Counted from the first letter of the whole stretch, positions 25,836-39,526 are shown. The stretch is DNA of 62,987 nt, filler included, from Reticulomyxa filosa (GCA_000512085.1; 12 parts of 12 records of this genome joined end to end with filler, not necessarily neighbours in it); one strand, 5' to 3'. Numbers and translations: made by a program. The notes: generated by a model from the sequence alone, not told the origin.

Positions 25836-28438
25836 GCAGCAATACGAATATGAACATCACATCCAGCATGACAACCAGTAGTATGACAATAGGTGGCAGA
25901 GACGACGACACCAAGTCAGTGATGTCCTTTTCCAGCGTTGAAAGCTCGACCTTTGTTCTCAGCAATAGCATTTCTTGTGCTTATGTTGCAAACGATACCG
26001 AACACATGGTTATTGACGATGTGCAACAAATTGTCCCTTTTTCCGCCACCGCCGACTACGAAGTTATATACATAAATATATATATATATATATATGTATA
26101 TGTATATATGTATATATTTATGTATATATGTATTTATTTATTTTTTTTCTTTTTTAATATTAATTTGATACAAAGGAAAATAACAACACCATAGACAAAA
26201 CTGGAATCGGCTTTGCACGAGTTGAAATGGCACTCGGAGCCATTGGCATGGTGTCGATTGCCGATGGTTGACGAGCGACACAAAATCCGCGCTGGGAGCA
26301 TCAATCTACAATTGTGGGACGTGCCAGTATGGACGTATGTGAAAGGAGGCCCGAAGGTGGATCCGTACACCACGGGATTTTGGAAGAAGTTTGGCACGAC
26401 GGCGCAGCCGAAGCTGAGTGACAACACAAAGAAGCAGTATCAAGAGCGCGAAAACCGGAGAAATGAGGAGGCAAAGAAGAAGGCAAGCAAAGCAAAGAAG
26501 CAAACGAGGAAAGACGGTAAAATAAAGATCGATCACGTATTTTCGTTGGACGACACGAACGAGCCGAACAACGAACAAGATCTGTTTGGAGTGCAACTTT
26601 GCATCGAGTTCCCGTCCTACCCTTTCCTCATCGTGGCGCCTATTGTCAATCGTCGTCATCACCCCAGCGTCGCACAGGCCATTGTACCGTACAAACGAAG
26701 ACACTATCCTGGCAAAGACCTGTTGGAACATTTGATCAAAATCGACGGCATCGAGCCTTTATCGGACAAAGATAAAATGTTGGTATTCTCCAACAAAGAG
26801 AAGCTGATGCGGTCTCCGGAAGCCCTGCCCACGTTCTTGCGATCCGTCGACTGGCTCGACGACGAAGCGCGCAAAGTGGCGTACGACTACTTGGAACGAT
26901 GGGCAAAGCCCAACAACCCCGAAGATTGTATCGAATTACTGCGTCATGAGTTTATGGACAATCGCGTACGTTTGTATGCGATTAGCAATTTGAATCGCTT
27001 GGACGATTACACACTCAATCGCTATTTGCTGCAATTGGTGCAAGCTTTGAAATGCGAACTCCACCACAATTCCTTTTTGTCACGCTTCTTAATCTATCGG
27101 GCCTTGAACAACCCCTGGCAAATCGGACACTACTTGTTCTGGCATTTGAAGTGCGAGTATCACAGGGAGGAGTGGTGCGAGCGCTTCGGATTGCTCATGG
27201 AGGAGTATTTTGTGCACTTGCCTTCGAACCAATTGATGAAAGACTTGTTGGTGCAAAACAATCTGATGGGACGCCTCAAAGACATCAGCAATGAGATCCA
27301 ATACTGGTATCACGAGGCAAAGAAATCCAAGGAGCATTGCACCAATTTGCTGAAGAAAGAGCTCAATCTGCTTAACGAAGATATCGTCGACGTCATGACG
27401 TTGCCCTTAAATCCGTGTATCAAAGTACGTAAACTCATCGTTGACAAATGTCGTTTCATGAATAGCGCCAAAGTACCCTTATGGCTTTGCTTTCGTAATG
27501 CTGACCCTTACAGTATCTCAGACGAGAAAAGATACTCGGCCAATACTACAGCTACAACCACAACCACAACCACTACTGTGCAAAAAGATACTACAGAAAC
27601 CATCTGCCACGATGTGCAGGTGCTGTTCAAGTCCGGTGATGACTTGCGACAAGACATTCTCACTTTGCAAATGCTATATATCATGGACGAACTGTGGCTA
27701 CGCAAAAACTTAGACTTGCGCATGAAACCATATGGGGTCATTGCCACTGCTCCCAATGTCGGAATGCTCGAGTTGATATTGAATTGCAAAACTGCTAATG
27801 ATATCCATACCGAGGCGGGCACGTATCGTGGATCGTTTGACAAGAAAACTCACTTGCAATATTTGGAACGCTGTCATCCGCCCAAACTTGATTTGCACGC
27901 CTATCACAAAGCTCGGCAATACTATGCTCGCTCCTGCGCTGGCTACAGCGTCAGTACTTGGGTACTCGGTGTTGGCGATCGACATCCCTCCAATATTATG
28001 ATTCATTTCAATGGAAGCTTATTCCATATTGATTTTGGCCATTTCTTGGGCAATTTTAAATCCAAAAAAATCGCCGGTTTATATAAATTTGAACGCGAAA
28101 AAACTCCCTTTGTTTTCACTCCGATGATGAAATATGCCATTGATGAGGGCAAAGATTCTTCACAAGAATACAGGGAATTTGTTCAATGGTTCTTCCAAGC
28201 CTTCAATGAGGTTCGTTTTCGCTACAAAATGTTAAGCAATCTGTTTTTGTTGATGATCCCTTCGCACATGCCAGAGTTAGTGCGCGAACAAGACGTGTCC
28301 TATGTTCGTCGTCAGTTGCGCTTGGATTTGGATAATATCAATGAGCTAGCTGCTCACGTAGAAGTTACAATTAGTGCATGTCTGCAGGATAAAAATAGGC
28401 TCTGGGATAATGCCGCTCATGCAGCAAAACATGCTTAA
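25799..28438 (+). CDS. Phosphoinositide 3-kinase, class I/II type (C2 end, helical PIK domain, kinase), 5' truncated
   Basis: PLAWCRLP, YLLQLVQALKCE, MNSAKVPLW, FKSGDDLRQD, GVGDRHPSN, HIDFGHFLGN. The last exon is about 26195..28438. Confidence 0.96.
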
Positions 28439-29693
28439 TTTTTCTATTTCTTTTTTTTACAAAGATATTAGGTTGTTTGCTTTTTTTTTTGTGTTTTTGG
28501 TTTTGTTTATTTTTTGTTTGTTTTTTCTTTATCGTTTGGATATTCTCTGAACCGCTTTTGTGGGAGTTTTCAGGTGTTACATCTTTATCTTCCCATAATA
28601 AATGTGGTTTTTCCTTTCTTTTTTTTGTTTTCTCCCTCTGTCCTTCCCCTTTCTTTATTCATAAAAATATTTCCACACGGGAGGTTGTATAAGAAGAGGA
28701 AATCGTGTGCAACTTGTCAATATTTTGTTTTTTTTAAGCGTTTTATCTTGTTTCGAAATCAAAAAGTTTTAAGAGCTTCTGTAGAAATGATGCAAATCAA
28801 ATGATTACAATATGCTGTTCACAAAAAACATTGAGCCTTTTAAAGCAAGACAAATATCGTACACTAAATTAAAGAACCTATGTTGTACTTCAAAAAATTT
28901 TTAAAAAGAGTGATCATATACCATAAAGTATCATTGTCAATTAAAAACACTTCGTTTCAAGAAGAGATAGACACCAAACAGGACGATTCAACAGTCACAT
29001 ACACAAATAACGATAATTTGGATTCTTGCGATTTATTCATAAAAAAGCACTGCAAAAATACATCAACACAATTCATTCAAAAGACCGTGTTCAACATATA
29101 TTCGATGTTTTGCAGCAGAAAAATTTACAACAGTTTAAATACTATTAAATATCCATCCATTATAAATACCATGCATTTTTGAATTATATTTTTAGAATTT
29201 TTACCTACAGTTTTAAGCATTTGAATCAACGAAACGTACGATAAGTAATCTCTGACAATCTTGCTTGACGACGATAATAATAATCTTTTTGTATCGGAAA
29301 ACAATACAATCCAATCAATTTGTAATGACCACAATTGTAATATTTTCCACCAAGCCAACACTGAAGTCAAATCGATTTGTGTTTTTGAAGTGTTTCCATA
29401 CAAATCTGATATGTAACATTTAGAGTTACATACAGCATAGTCTCAAATACATGTGAAGGCAAGTACGCAAATATCTAACTAGCCAGATAATTGGCCAAAT
29501 TATGCACATTAGTTTGGAATGAATAAGTTTCATCAAACTAACTTTGATTGCACATTAAGTTGAATATTGTGTAATTGCGAACATATAACATTACATTGTC
29601 ACTTGAGTTTGTTTACATGCATATAATCAATAAACGTCACATAGTATTGATAAAATGCATGCTGACACTACATAAGGCTCATTGTGTCGACTA

Positions 29694-30606
29694 AAGTTGT
29701 TTAAAAAAAACATTATACCAAAAAAAAGTTCTTTTTTAGTATTTGACTTGTATATCTTTACTGAAAGAGCTAAAGTAAAAATAATTTTGTAGATACACAG
29801 AACAAATCATATAATATCTTTAGTCTATGTTGTACTATTTATATCTTACATTTATTTGAAAAGCTCTAAATCCTTTTTTTCCCCTGGTGGTTTGAAAAAT
29901 TCAATGTTAAAAAAAACTATCTTACCAAACAAAAGTTTAAAATTAATTATACTTCAATATTAAAGTATTTAACTACAATAAACACAGAAGAAAGTAAAAA
30001 TCATTATGTGTAAGCAATGTGATGATTTTACAAATGGAATATCTTTGCAAATGCTTTTGGATGGAAAGTCTATGCGAAGATTATCAAAACAAGATCTGAA
30101 TCCAATTGATAATATTTGGTAGATTACCAAGTGATTTACTTACAAAAATAGACTATTTTCCAGAAAAGAGTAACTTTTTGAGAAGTTTAGCAACCAATTG
30201 TACTACATTGAATGTGATTTGTGTGATATGATTATTGCTTCAATGCATAAGCGCATTCATGCTGTGATAACGACAATGTGAAATGCCACCAAGCGGTAAA
30301 TTACACATAAACACTTCTTTTAAACACAAGTGTAAACGTTTGTTAAATATATTATTTTTCCTTTACAGTTGGTATATATGTAACAAAAAAATTTTTATAA
30401 AAAAAAAGGCATACTGTAAAAGCAGCTAAAAAAATTTAATGTATAACCTTGCAAATAATTGCAAGATAATATAGTAAAACATAGATGAAAGATAGTCTGT
30501 AATTTGTTTTATATATCTACAAAATTATTTTTACTTTAGCTCTTTTCAATAAAGATATACAAGTCAAATACTAAAAAAAGAACTGTTTTTTTTTTGCAAA
30601 CTACTG
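29694..30606 (+). mobile_element. Internally deleted Tc1-family DNA transposon with long TIRs
   Basis: Imperfect TIRs of about 170 bp (right end TTTGCAAACTACTG) with TA on both sides. 30093..30299 reads DLNPIDNIW*..SMHKRIHAVITTM*NATKR*, the Tc1 DLNPIENxW motif plus C-terminus, with stops. Confidence 0.92.
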
Positions 30607-31911
30607 TATATACATACAAAAATTAATCAAAATAAAAACAAACACTTTTTCTCCTTTCGGAGACAGAGTGGCTCCTAAATATAATTATATCATAATACAC
30701 ACCGTTTTTGTATCGTTTTTTAAAATAATTTTATTTAAAAAAAAATTATAAAAATTTACTTATTTTTGATATGCGTAAATCTTATAATATAACGTATTTA
30801 ACAAAAAAAAAATTGTGCTGATGCTTGTTTTGCGCCATTGCATATTTTCCAGTTCTTGTCAGAAGTCCTTCCAACATCTTCGTTTTTGTCTCTGGTTGAC
30901 TATTAACATAGCGACAATTGAAGCATTGAACTTAGAAAATACTTGGTATGATTTGCATGCCAACAAATCACGAAACTTAATTTTGTTTGAGTCTTTGTCG
31001 CGCTCACAAGTACGTCCTTCCATTTGCGCGTCATTCCCAATGAGCACGCTTGTCCAGACCATAACGATTTTACCGTCTGTTGTCACGCTATTCGTTGTTT
31101 TGATTTGCGGGTAATTGACTTGTAATTTTTTTCAAGATTAACTTATTTAATCAAAGCTGAAACTATTTTAATATAAATCCGAAATCATTGTTTAATTGAG
31201 AATATTCTTGTAATAGTAGAACCAATAAAATGGTCAAAACGAATATTGAATATCGTATAATGATTTCAACAATTTCTTCGATCACAACAAACAGTTGTCA
31301 GAAATTCTTTTTACTTTTATCGACATTAGTTTTCGATTTGTATTAATGCATTAAATGTAAGTGCATGTTTCAGTAATTGACTTCATTTCACTAACATTCG
31401 AGAAGTTTGAAGTATTGTTTGAACTTCTTGTAGAAGCAGTTCTGAGCCCTTTTTTGTTTGGTTTTGGTACGTGATTCATTTTTGAGTCGGAAACTTACGG
31501 ATATTGTGTGGGTTACGTTCTGAGTAGTTGTCCCTGGTATGTTTATTTGTATTTTTGAAAAATGCTGATCCAACAAGAACAAAGGAAAGAGTGTGTTTGA
31601 CGGAAAAACTTGTCTTTGTTAGTGTTGATGAAGAGAGTGAGCACGAGTATTATTGTCAAACAAAAAGATAGTCAGAAAGACTCAGAATTGCACACTGAAA
31701 AAATTTCGAGTTAAAACTAATGATCTATAAGTTCCTCACATGCAAGAGTAAATTAAAACAAAAAAAGAAAAATTAAAAAAATTCAGACGAAAAAGCAAAG
31801 GAAATTTCTCGAAATCAAGCAATTTTAGAGTTGCATCGTAAACGTATCAACAAGAAGACTAGCAAGACCAAAAATGAAAAACCTCTTCTAATGTCCCCTC
31901 GAATAGCGGTT

Positions 31912-31948
<37 letters not shown>

Positions 31949-32048
31949 NNNNNNNNNNNNNNNNNNNNNNNNNNNNNNNNNNNNNNNNNNNNTTAATTAA
32001 TTAANNNNNNNNNNNNNNNNNNNNNNNNNNNNNNNNNNNNNNNNNNNN
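31949..32048. other. Artificial contig linker
   Basis: N44-TTAATTAATTAA-N44. Confidence 0.99.
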
Positions 32049-32589
32049 AGCGGTGGCCCATTCTGTGAATTTGAGTTGTTCCGCGAGAAGTAGATTTAGG
32101 GAAATAAATTGGAACGCGCTTTAATTTTTGTTTTCCTTTCTGGAATATATAATTGTGTTCAGATTTCTTTTGGAAGAGTTCACAAATTCAGGTTGATAAT
32201 TAGTTCAAACCAAACTTGTTTTTGAGGCCTCTTTAAATATTTTACAACGAAGCTAAATTTTTGAAGTTCCCGTTGTAACGCAATTTCGACAATTTTTTTT
32301 TTATCCTTCACAAGTGCAGCTAGGCAATTTTTATGCACGAAGTTGTCTAATAACAAAGGGATACAGGCACGAGGGATGTTAAATAGATAACCTATCAAAG
32401 ATAAATTATTAAATCCGAATAGTTAATTCATATGTATCATTCAATTTCGATTCATTATTTCTTTTCAATACATGTTTCTAATTTTTTCCTATGCAATGTT
32501 TCATGTGCCTCTATCCAATGTAGAGGTGAGTGTTTTAAGCTTGAGGAAATAAATTTTGGTTGTGGTTTGCTGATTCCTTTTCGTAGGCT

Positions 32590-33220
32590 TCTTGCTAAAA
32601 AAAATAGTGAGTGCTTTGTATATGAGCAACGGTTCGTTCGGATCTTTTACAGATTTCACTCTCAAAGCCCAGAAAATCAGCAACATTTTTCTCAAGATGG
32701 GCACTGCGTCGAAGGATATAACTTTGATTTGGCCAAGTGGACCAGCAACACAGCCAAGGACATGGCCGTCAGTAGGAACGGGCGTACAAATTTATGCAAA
32801 TAATCAAACAAATTAAAGGTGTGCCAGGAGCAAGTGATAAAAAAGATCGAACAGATCGAAAGAAGCTAGCCTGGAGTATAATAACTTGTCGGATAGGACA
32901 TTATTATCAACAGAGGCGTCATCGTCGCTATATGACCACAATCAAATTCAATGGAATACAAATAAAGAATGCGAACAAAGGAAGAGCCTGAATTTGGAAC
33001 AAATGTGGAAATCTAGACACATTTCATTCCCAGACCTAGACCAAAACCCTAACGATTAATTAAAAATACCATTGCCATTAAAGCGCTCAAAAATGACGTC
33101 CATGTCTTCACTAATAACAGGTCCCTTTGGCAATATCGTAAAATTAAACAGGCAAAAGACTGGTTAGAAAGAGCGCTGTGCACGATTAACAATATAATAC
33201 TCTACAACAAAAAAAGATAT
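32590..33220 (+). mobile_element. Possible highly degraded retroelement RT/RNase H remnant
   Basis: Weak, ordered motifs across frames: SALYMSNG (cf. SxLDxxxG), WPSGPATQP (cf. MPFGLxNAP), G*DIII (cf. DDII), IKFNGIQI, VHVFTNN. Confidence 0.3.
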
Positions 33221-34267
33221 CATTCGTCAGCGCAAATCCTAATTGGACAAGAATCTATCAGTACTGAAGTATCTTATCTTCGTCACAAAACAATACATTG
33301 AGAGTATCCAATATTTGTTATTACTGTCTTTTTTTTTCCCTTCGTCATCTGGTATCCAACAAATTTGTTTCGTAACTCTATCAAACAATTTCTTAACTTT
33401 GAGTGTATCTTCAATTAATTTTGGATTAAAAATCCAAGCATAAAATATTTTATCAAGATTGACAATGCCTTTTATCAATTGCAAACCATCACAAAAATAA
33501 TAATTCTGGAAAATAAATAAAAAATTGTGACAATACACAATTTAATAGGAAAATAAGATTAAATTTTGTAGCACCTTCAAAATTTTTTAAAATATATTTA
33601 GAAATGAAATGAGTCACTTTTATACATGGACAAATATAAATTTTAAAAAATAAAAAATCAATTTTTGCATAGTTATATAACCTTAATTAAAAATTGGCAA
33701 ATTTTAGTCTACAATGATGTGTAGAGCCATTTTTAAAAATTTTGAAAAAATGTTAGTTTTTAATAAAATTGTAAATTTTATAGAGTTTATTTTCCTTATA
33801 AATTAACCAGTATCACATAATTAAAGTTTTGACCATTTAATATCTTTTGTACTAAATCTTTTGAAACAATGTTTTTCTGCTTCTCTTTTCGATTGTTTTC
33901 GGTGTTAGAATATACAAATTATATTTGTGTTTAATAATTTAAATGACTTTATATTTTTTGTCAGATATTCACACTTTGCTTCACAAAGCTGTCGATCCTT
34001 TAATAAGTGAAAAACTTGGAAAAAGTTATTATAACCTTGGCTTTGTGTTGTGTCTACCTCCAAAAGTATTGCTGAATGTGAAAATATTTTTTTGATACTG
34101 AAGAATGTTTGAAGATTTCACCAGCACAAGAGGCCTAACACGCCTTACAGTCAAAAAAAAAAATCAAAAAAGTACGCAGACAATTTTTCTTCGCTTTCCC
34201 GCTTTCTTTCTGTCTTTCTATATCAAACTTTGCATCTTTCCCTCAATTGTATGAACTTTTACTATAT

Positions 34268-35930
34268 TTACCGAGTAAGTCTAGCACTGGGGGATGCATT
34301 GGACAAATGGTTTTGCAAAGACAAGACAGTAAATGGAATTCCTTCTGAAATCATTTGTCCACCGTCATCTCGGGTGAAACATCTGATTTCAAACTGTCCA
34401 GCATGTAATGCACGCAGAGCAATAGTGTGGCCTTTGGGTTCTTGAATATGTTCATAGGACACATGATTGTCATCATTGACAGTTTCTTCGCGACTGGTGA
34501 CATGGCTAGGAATGATTCCAATCCACGCGCTACGATACGCTATAGGTTCTGGATTGTTATCAAATTGAGTAAAATCGTGTGATATGTAAACAATTTCGTT
34601 TTGAAACACGACATTTCTGTCAATTTCCATGTAATCATTACGGTACTGGTGTGCGAAACGTGTTTCAGTTACATTTAAGCGGATTCCTTCTCCGATTTGC
34701 ACTCCATCATTATCACAAGTGAACGCACGAACTTCAAACTCACCTTTTGTGTTTGTGTCATTATTACATGTTGTTAATATTCATTCAAAAGACCACTAAC
34801 AAAAAAAAAAACAAAACAAAAACGTATCAACAAATAGCGTTGACATTGTACCTTCGTCACAACATTTCAAAAAGCCCAATCCTTCCATTCCTTGCAATGT
34901 GAAGAAGTCGACATCATGTTCGTCGTTGTCTCGTTCTTTGCGACTGGATACACTGACAGGAATTAAACCTTAAGATTCAAGCACAAGCACATCTGTTCCA
35001 GTCCGTAATTCGAGAATGTGACCGTTATTTTGTGCGGTTCTCTCCCAAACAAAACAAATTGAACCAAACAAACAAAGAAAAGAGACTTACCAATCCATCC
35101 TCTTTTGTTTGTATCTCCGCTAACAGTTGGTTTTTGTTCATGATTGGTGAAATCAAACTAATACAAAAAAAAAAAAAAAAACGGCAAAGACAAGAAACAA
35201 AACAAAAACAGAGTTATTTATGTCAAAAAAAAGCAAAGCAAAGCAAAACAAAACAAATCACAGTAAACGAAACTTGCACTGCAACAAAGGCACCTTTGAC
35301 AAAGTCCCCATTTCTGATACCTTTGTAGCCTTTGGCAGTTTTTACGACGGCGACCTCAGTGGAAATGGAATTGGATTCATTGGTTTGGGAAGAGGCATCA
35401 TTTTCGGTAGCATTCATGGTAGCAGTGGCAGTAACGGTGGACTCATCCATAGGAATGGACACAAGTCTCATGAACGGCGTGGCAAATTTGAACGTGGCAA
35501 GTGACGAGCGTGTCTTTCGACTAAATCTCAAATTGTCCACATGTTTGGTATGAAACGAAGACAAAACGGACAGAGCTTCGATATCGGACAGCAACTTAGT
35601 GCGCATTACATTCTCCACAAAGTACTGTGGCTTCATCAATGGGAAGCGAATGTATGGCAGTAATTCCACCACTGGGTCATTTGGCGTCAATTCGTACAAA
35701 TCTTTCTCATCAAACTTTATTCGAGTGTCTCTCGCAAGGGTCAGTTCATTTGACGTGGATGTGCCACCATTCGAATCGCTGTCTTTTGTTGTTGCACTTG
35801 TACTTGTAATTGCTGGCAATGATGAGCTTGCGTTTTGTGTTACTGTTGTTGTGGCTGTTCCGCTCTCACTTTCTTTCGTGTCACCACTATTTCTTTCAGT
35901 GCTTTCCTTCGCGGGTTCAACCAATGGTTC
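34268..35930 (-). CDS. BACK-domain (BTB-BACK type) protein with two tandem C-terminal beta-rich repeats, 5' truncated
   Basis: ELLPYIRFPLMKPQYFVENV is a BACK C-terminal motif. Spliced exons give a duplicated WIG(L/I)IP..ND..G(E/Q)FE(V/I)R unit. Confidence 0.75.
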
Positions 35931-36147
35931 TTCCGTTTTTACCTTTTTTCAAAAAAAAAAAAAAAAAAAAGGTCTTTTTTTTTTCCTTGTCTGGTATAAT
36001 AGTCAAGTCTCTTTTTAATTCGAATACAAACTGCAAAAATAGTTTTATTTTGGGTGGATAAGTATACGTTTTTTGCTTATTCATACAATCGTGATGTTGA
36101 GTGTTTTTTGAAGAGAAAGAAAAGGGGTTGAAAGTAATGTTTTTTTT

Positions 36148-36183
<36 letters not shown>

Positions 36184-36283
36184 NNNNNNNNNNNNNNNNN
36201 NNNNNNNNNNNNNNNNNNNNNNNNNNNTTAATTAATTAANNNNNNNNNNNNNNNNNNNNNNNNNNNNNNNNNNNNNNNNNNNN
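36184..36283. other. Artificial contig linker
   Basis: N44-TTAATTAATTAA-N44. Confidence 0.99.
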
Positions 36284-36507
36284 GTCGGCCAAAACAAATT
36301 TTAAAGTAAAATTATTGCTTCAATGTTGAAGCATGAATGTTATTTGTTAGTTACTTTTTGTAACGTATTGTATCATTTAGTACTGTGTTCAACTTTGAGT
36401 GATGTGCTTGTTTCAATATTTTGCCTTTCTGTCAATTTAACAAAAAAAAACATCCGTTTATACTAGTAGTGTAATGAAATGGAAATACACAACAAACTCT
36501 TATAATA

Positions 36508-37038
36508 CAGTAATTTGCAAAAAAGACCGTACTCCCAAAAAAAGTATTTTTTTATTATTTGACTTGTGTATCTTTATTGAAAAGAGCTAAAGTAAAAACA
36601 ATTTGCAGATACATATACAAATCACAGACCATCTTTCCTCTATGTTTTACTATCTTATTTCTTGGATTTATTTGAAAGGTTATACATTCAATTTTTTTAT
36701 CTGACTTTTACATTACCTTTTTTTTAACAAAAATTTTTTTATTAAATCTATATCAAACAGTAAAGAAAAAATAATCCATTTAACAAACGTTTACACTTGT
36801 GTTTAAAAGAAGCTTTTATGTGTAATTTACCACTTGGTGGCGTCACCATTGGCTTTTATCACATCTTCATTTTAAATTTTTTTGTTTGGTAAGATAGTTT
36901 TTTTTAACATGCAATTTTCAAACCCTGATGAAAAGACAGATTTAAAACTTTACTTTAGCTCTTTTCAATAAAGGTATACAAGTCAAATACTAAAAAAGCC
37001 TCCTTTTTTTGGCTGTACTGTTTTTTTGCAAACTACTG
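36508..37038 (-). mobile_element. MITE-like 531-bp derivative of the same Tc1 family
   Basis: TA|CAGTAATTTGCAAAAAA...TTTTTTGCAAACTACTG|TA with about 90 bp of TIR match. Only the last transposase codons (DVIKANGDATKW*) remain, on the minus strand at about 36827..36865. Confidence 0.93.
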
Positions 37039-38498
37039 TATAAGCTTGTGTGCTTCCAGATTAATGTTGTTATTGTCACCATATAAAACACAGCCCATCA
37101 CATTCAAGATGATGAATAAAAAAAGCATCCAACAATGAATTTGGAATTAAATAACAAAAATATTTCAGATGCAAGTATTTGTGATTGATTGTGTACTCAA
37201 GCAACACATTAATTATGTTTATTTGAAAAAATCAATGAAAATTATATATCTAACATTAATTTGTCCATATAAATGAATTCAACTAAGTTTAAGTCTATTA
37301 TATAATACAATTATCAATCTATCATTGTAATATGCATGCTGTTCAGTTATCGTATTTCGAGTGCTATGTAAAAAGCACTGCAACATATCGTCCTCAAAGA
37401 GTTTAATTTTCTTAAAAAAGATTAATATCTTTTTTGTTGTTTTTTTTACAAACTTAAAAGGACTCCTTTACTTGTGACACGATCAAAGCTCTGCATAGTC
37501 AATTGTATCATAAACGCATTTATGTCAACGCATTTTCTCATTTAGTCTAGGTGTGGTCATTATTAGCACATTCAATGACAATGTAATGCGTAATGTATTT
37601 TATGAATTCGAAAAGACAAGTCAGTAAAATTGTGGAACTATATTCCACTTGCATTGCCTTTTACTGATCCCTTTTGGCGTGATTGTCGGTCGATACAACT
37701 TGGAATTTGGAGCATTTGATAACAATGATTCTCTCATGGCTTATTGTGTCCAAAATTTAATTGGTGTTTTTGTGAACCGGCAATATCACAGCATGAAACT
37801 TTCGCCTTGGCTGTGGCTGATCATCCCTGCTTTATCTAAAAAAGTTACGAAAGTATCCATTGATAAATCATTGTATTTGCTATTGGACTATGTCCATTAT
37901 TTGTTCAAAAAAATAATAAAAAAATAGTGAGCATTATAGACGTACGTGAACAATGTCTTTGTGTTATAGTTTGTGAGTTTGTCCAAAGATTTGATCTTGA
38001 ATGACCTGCAAGCGTTTCCATTCCTTATGATATTATTCGTGCGCAAATAGCCAATATTTGTGGAAACGCTTCCCATTGTTGCTAAATTTGTTGGGCCAGA
38101 AGAAGAAAAAGAAGTACGAGAGTCACAATACCGGGGACGAGGATAATTAATTTTTAGAGTAAAAATTCTATGTTATTGTTTATTTATTTTTTATTTGTAG
38201 TTGCTTGTCCGTTTTGTTGTTCTTTTTTCGTTTCATTACGCTTACTAGTTTTTTCTTTTTTTAATATTGCCCTTGTCTCTGGACAGAAGGATACTAATGA
38301 TCAATTTTGCTTTTGATTTTGCTTAGATAAATGTAGGACAATTACTTTCAATGTTCTTTTTTCAATTGCAAAAAGAGAGCTTGCGAAAGGTAAAATTAAA
38401 ATTTTTGAAATAAACAAGGCGCAAAGGTTATTCAATGCCTTTTTTGATAATCAACAGTAAAGAAATAAAAAATCAAAAATAAAATTGGTGTGTCTGAC

Positions 38499-39526
38499 TC
38501 AATCCGTCTTGCCCGGGTTCTTCTTTCCACTTGTGTAAGTCCGGATATAGAAATTGCCAAACAAAGCCAGCATCAAAATTAAATAATAGAAATAAGCTCC
38601 ATTAATTCGTGGTGGTATTTGTTTGCAATTACCCAAAAATTTCATACATCCGCTGTGTACAACCATTAACATAAATTGCAACATTTGTAATTGCGTCAAA
38701 TACGGTTTCCACCATACTCGAACGTCGTATCCATGGATTGTTATTAAATAGTACAAATACATCACCTAGAATCAAACAAACAAGATGAAGATAAAACAAA
38801 ACAATACAGACAGTTTTTGTCTTCAGTCTTACCACATGCACAAACGCGTTTAGTAAAATAGTCTGCATAATGTCAGCATCATACATACAATTCATATTCA
38901 TCCATTCCACTAAAACCATTGACAAGTGGTGATACCAATGCAAAAAAGAAAATTGGCTCGCCTTTTATTATATTAATTTTTTTTGTAAAAGAACAACATT
39001 TTCTATTCGTTTAGAACATAATTTTTTTTTTAACTTTGTTGTGCAGGATAATGAAGACAGTATCAATACAATCAAAGATTTTTGAGAGATAAAAAATCCA
39101 TAACAAATTAGCCATTTTGGGATATTGCATGTTAAATTTATTGCACTGAGAAGGAGTCAATGACAATAAGTAATACTTATGACGATAAGTGAGCATTACA
39201 CACTCAATGCACATGTACGAGCAGATAAATATCTGCATAAAATTGTACACAAATTTGCACATGTACAGCGTATTGCCAATCTCTCCATCTGGCAATTTTG
39301 TTTCTTTTTTTTTGCAAAGTTTAAATTTCACAAAACCCCACGCGATTACTCCACAATATAGCAAAACTACGATCAGACATTGCTCCAGGGGAACTAACGG
39401 CCAAGAAGCCACTGGCCGTTTAGTGTTTGCGAGTAATGGTATTTCTGGCTCCTGGCCTGTTGTCATATAATCGACAAACCATTCTTCAAAAATGTGAATC
39501 TTTTTACGAAGCTCAACTATATCCAT
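38499..39526 (-). CDS. ELO/GNS1-SUR4 fatty acid elongase, 3 exons
   Basis: FYLSKIFDCIDTVFIIL, SFLHWYHH histidine box, NAFVHVVMYLYY, TQLQMLQF, LFGNFY. Confidence 0.95.

Noticed and set aside
28880-29500. LAWWK as a hAT dimerisation domain remnant
   Set aside because: No downstream SxxxERxFS motif was seen, so the evidence is insufficient.
30093-30299. In-frame TAG/TGA/TAA as stop-codon reassignment
   Set aside because: All three stop types occur within decayed elements, while intact genes end normally in TAA, TAG or TGA; the standard code fits.
37470-38150. Broken coding-like hydrophobic stretch
   Set aside because: Probably a decayed gene, but no family or consistent frame could be supported. 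The same applies to ~42300..43150.
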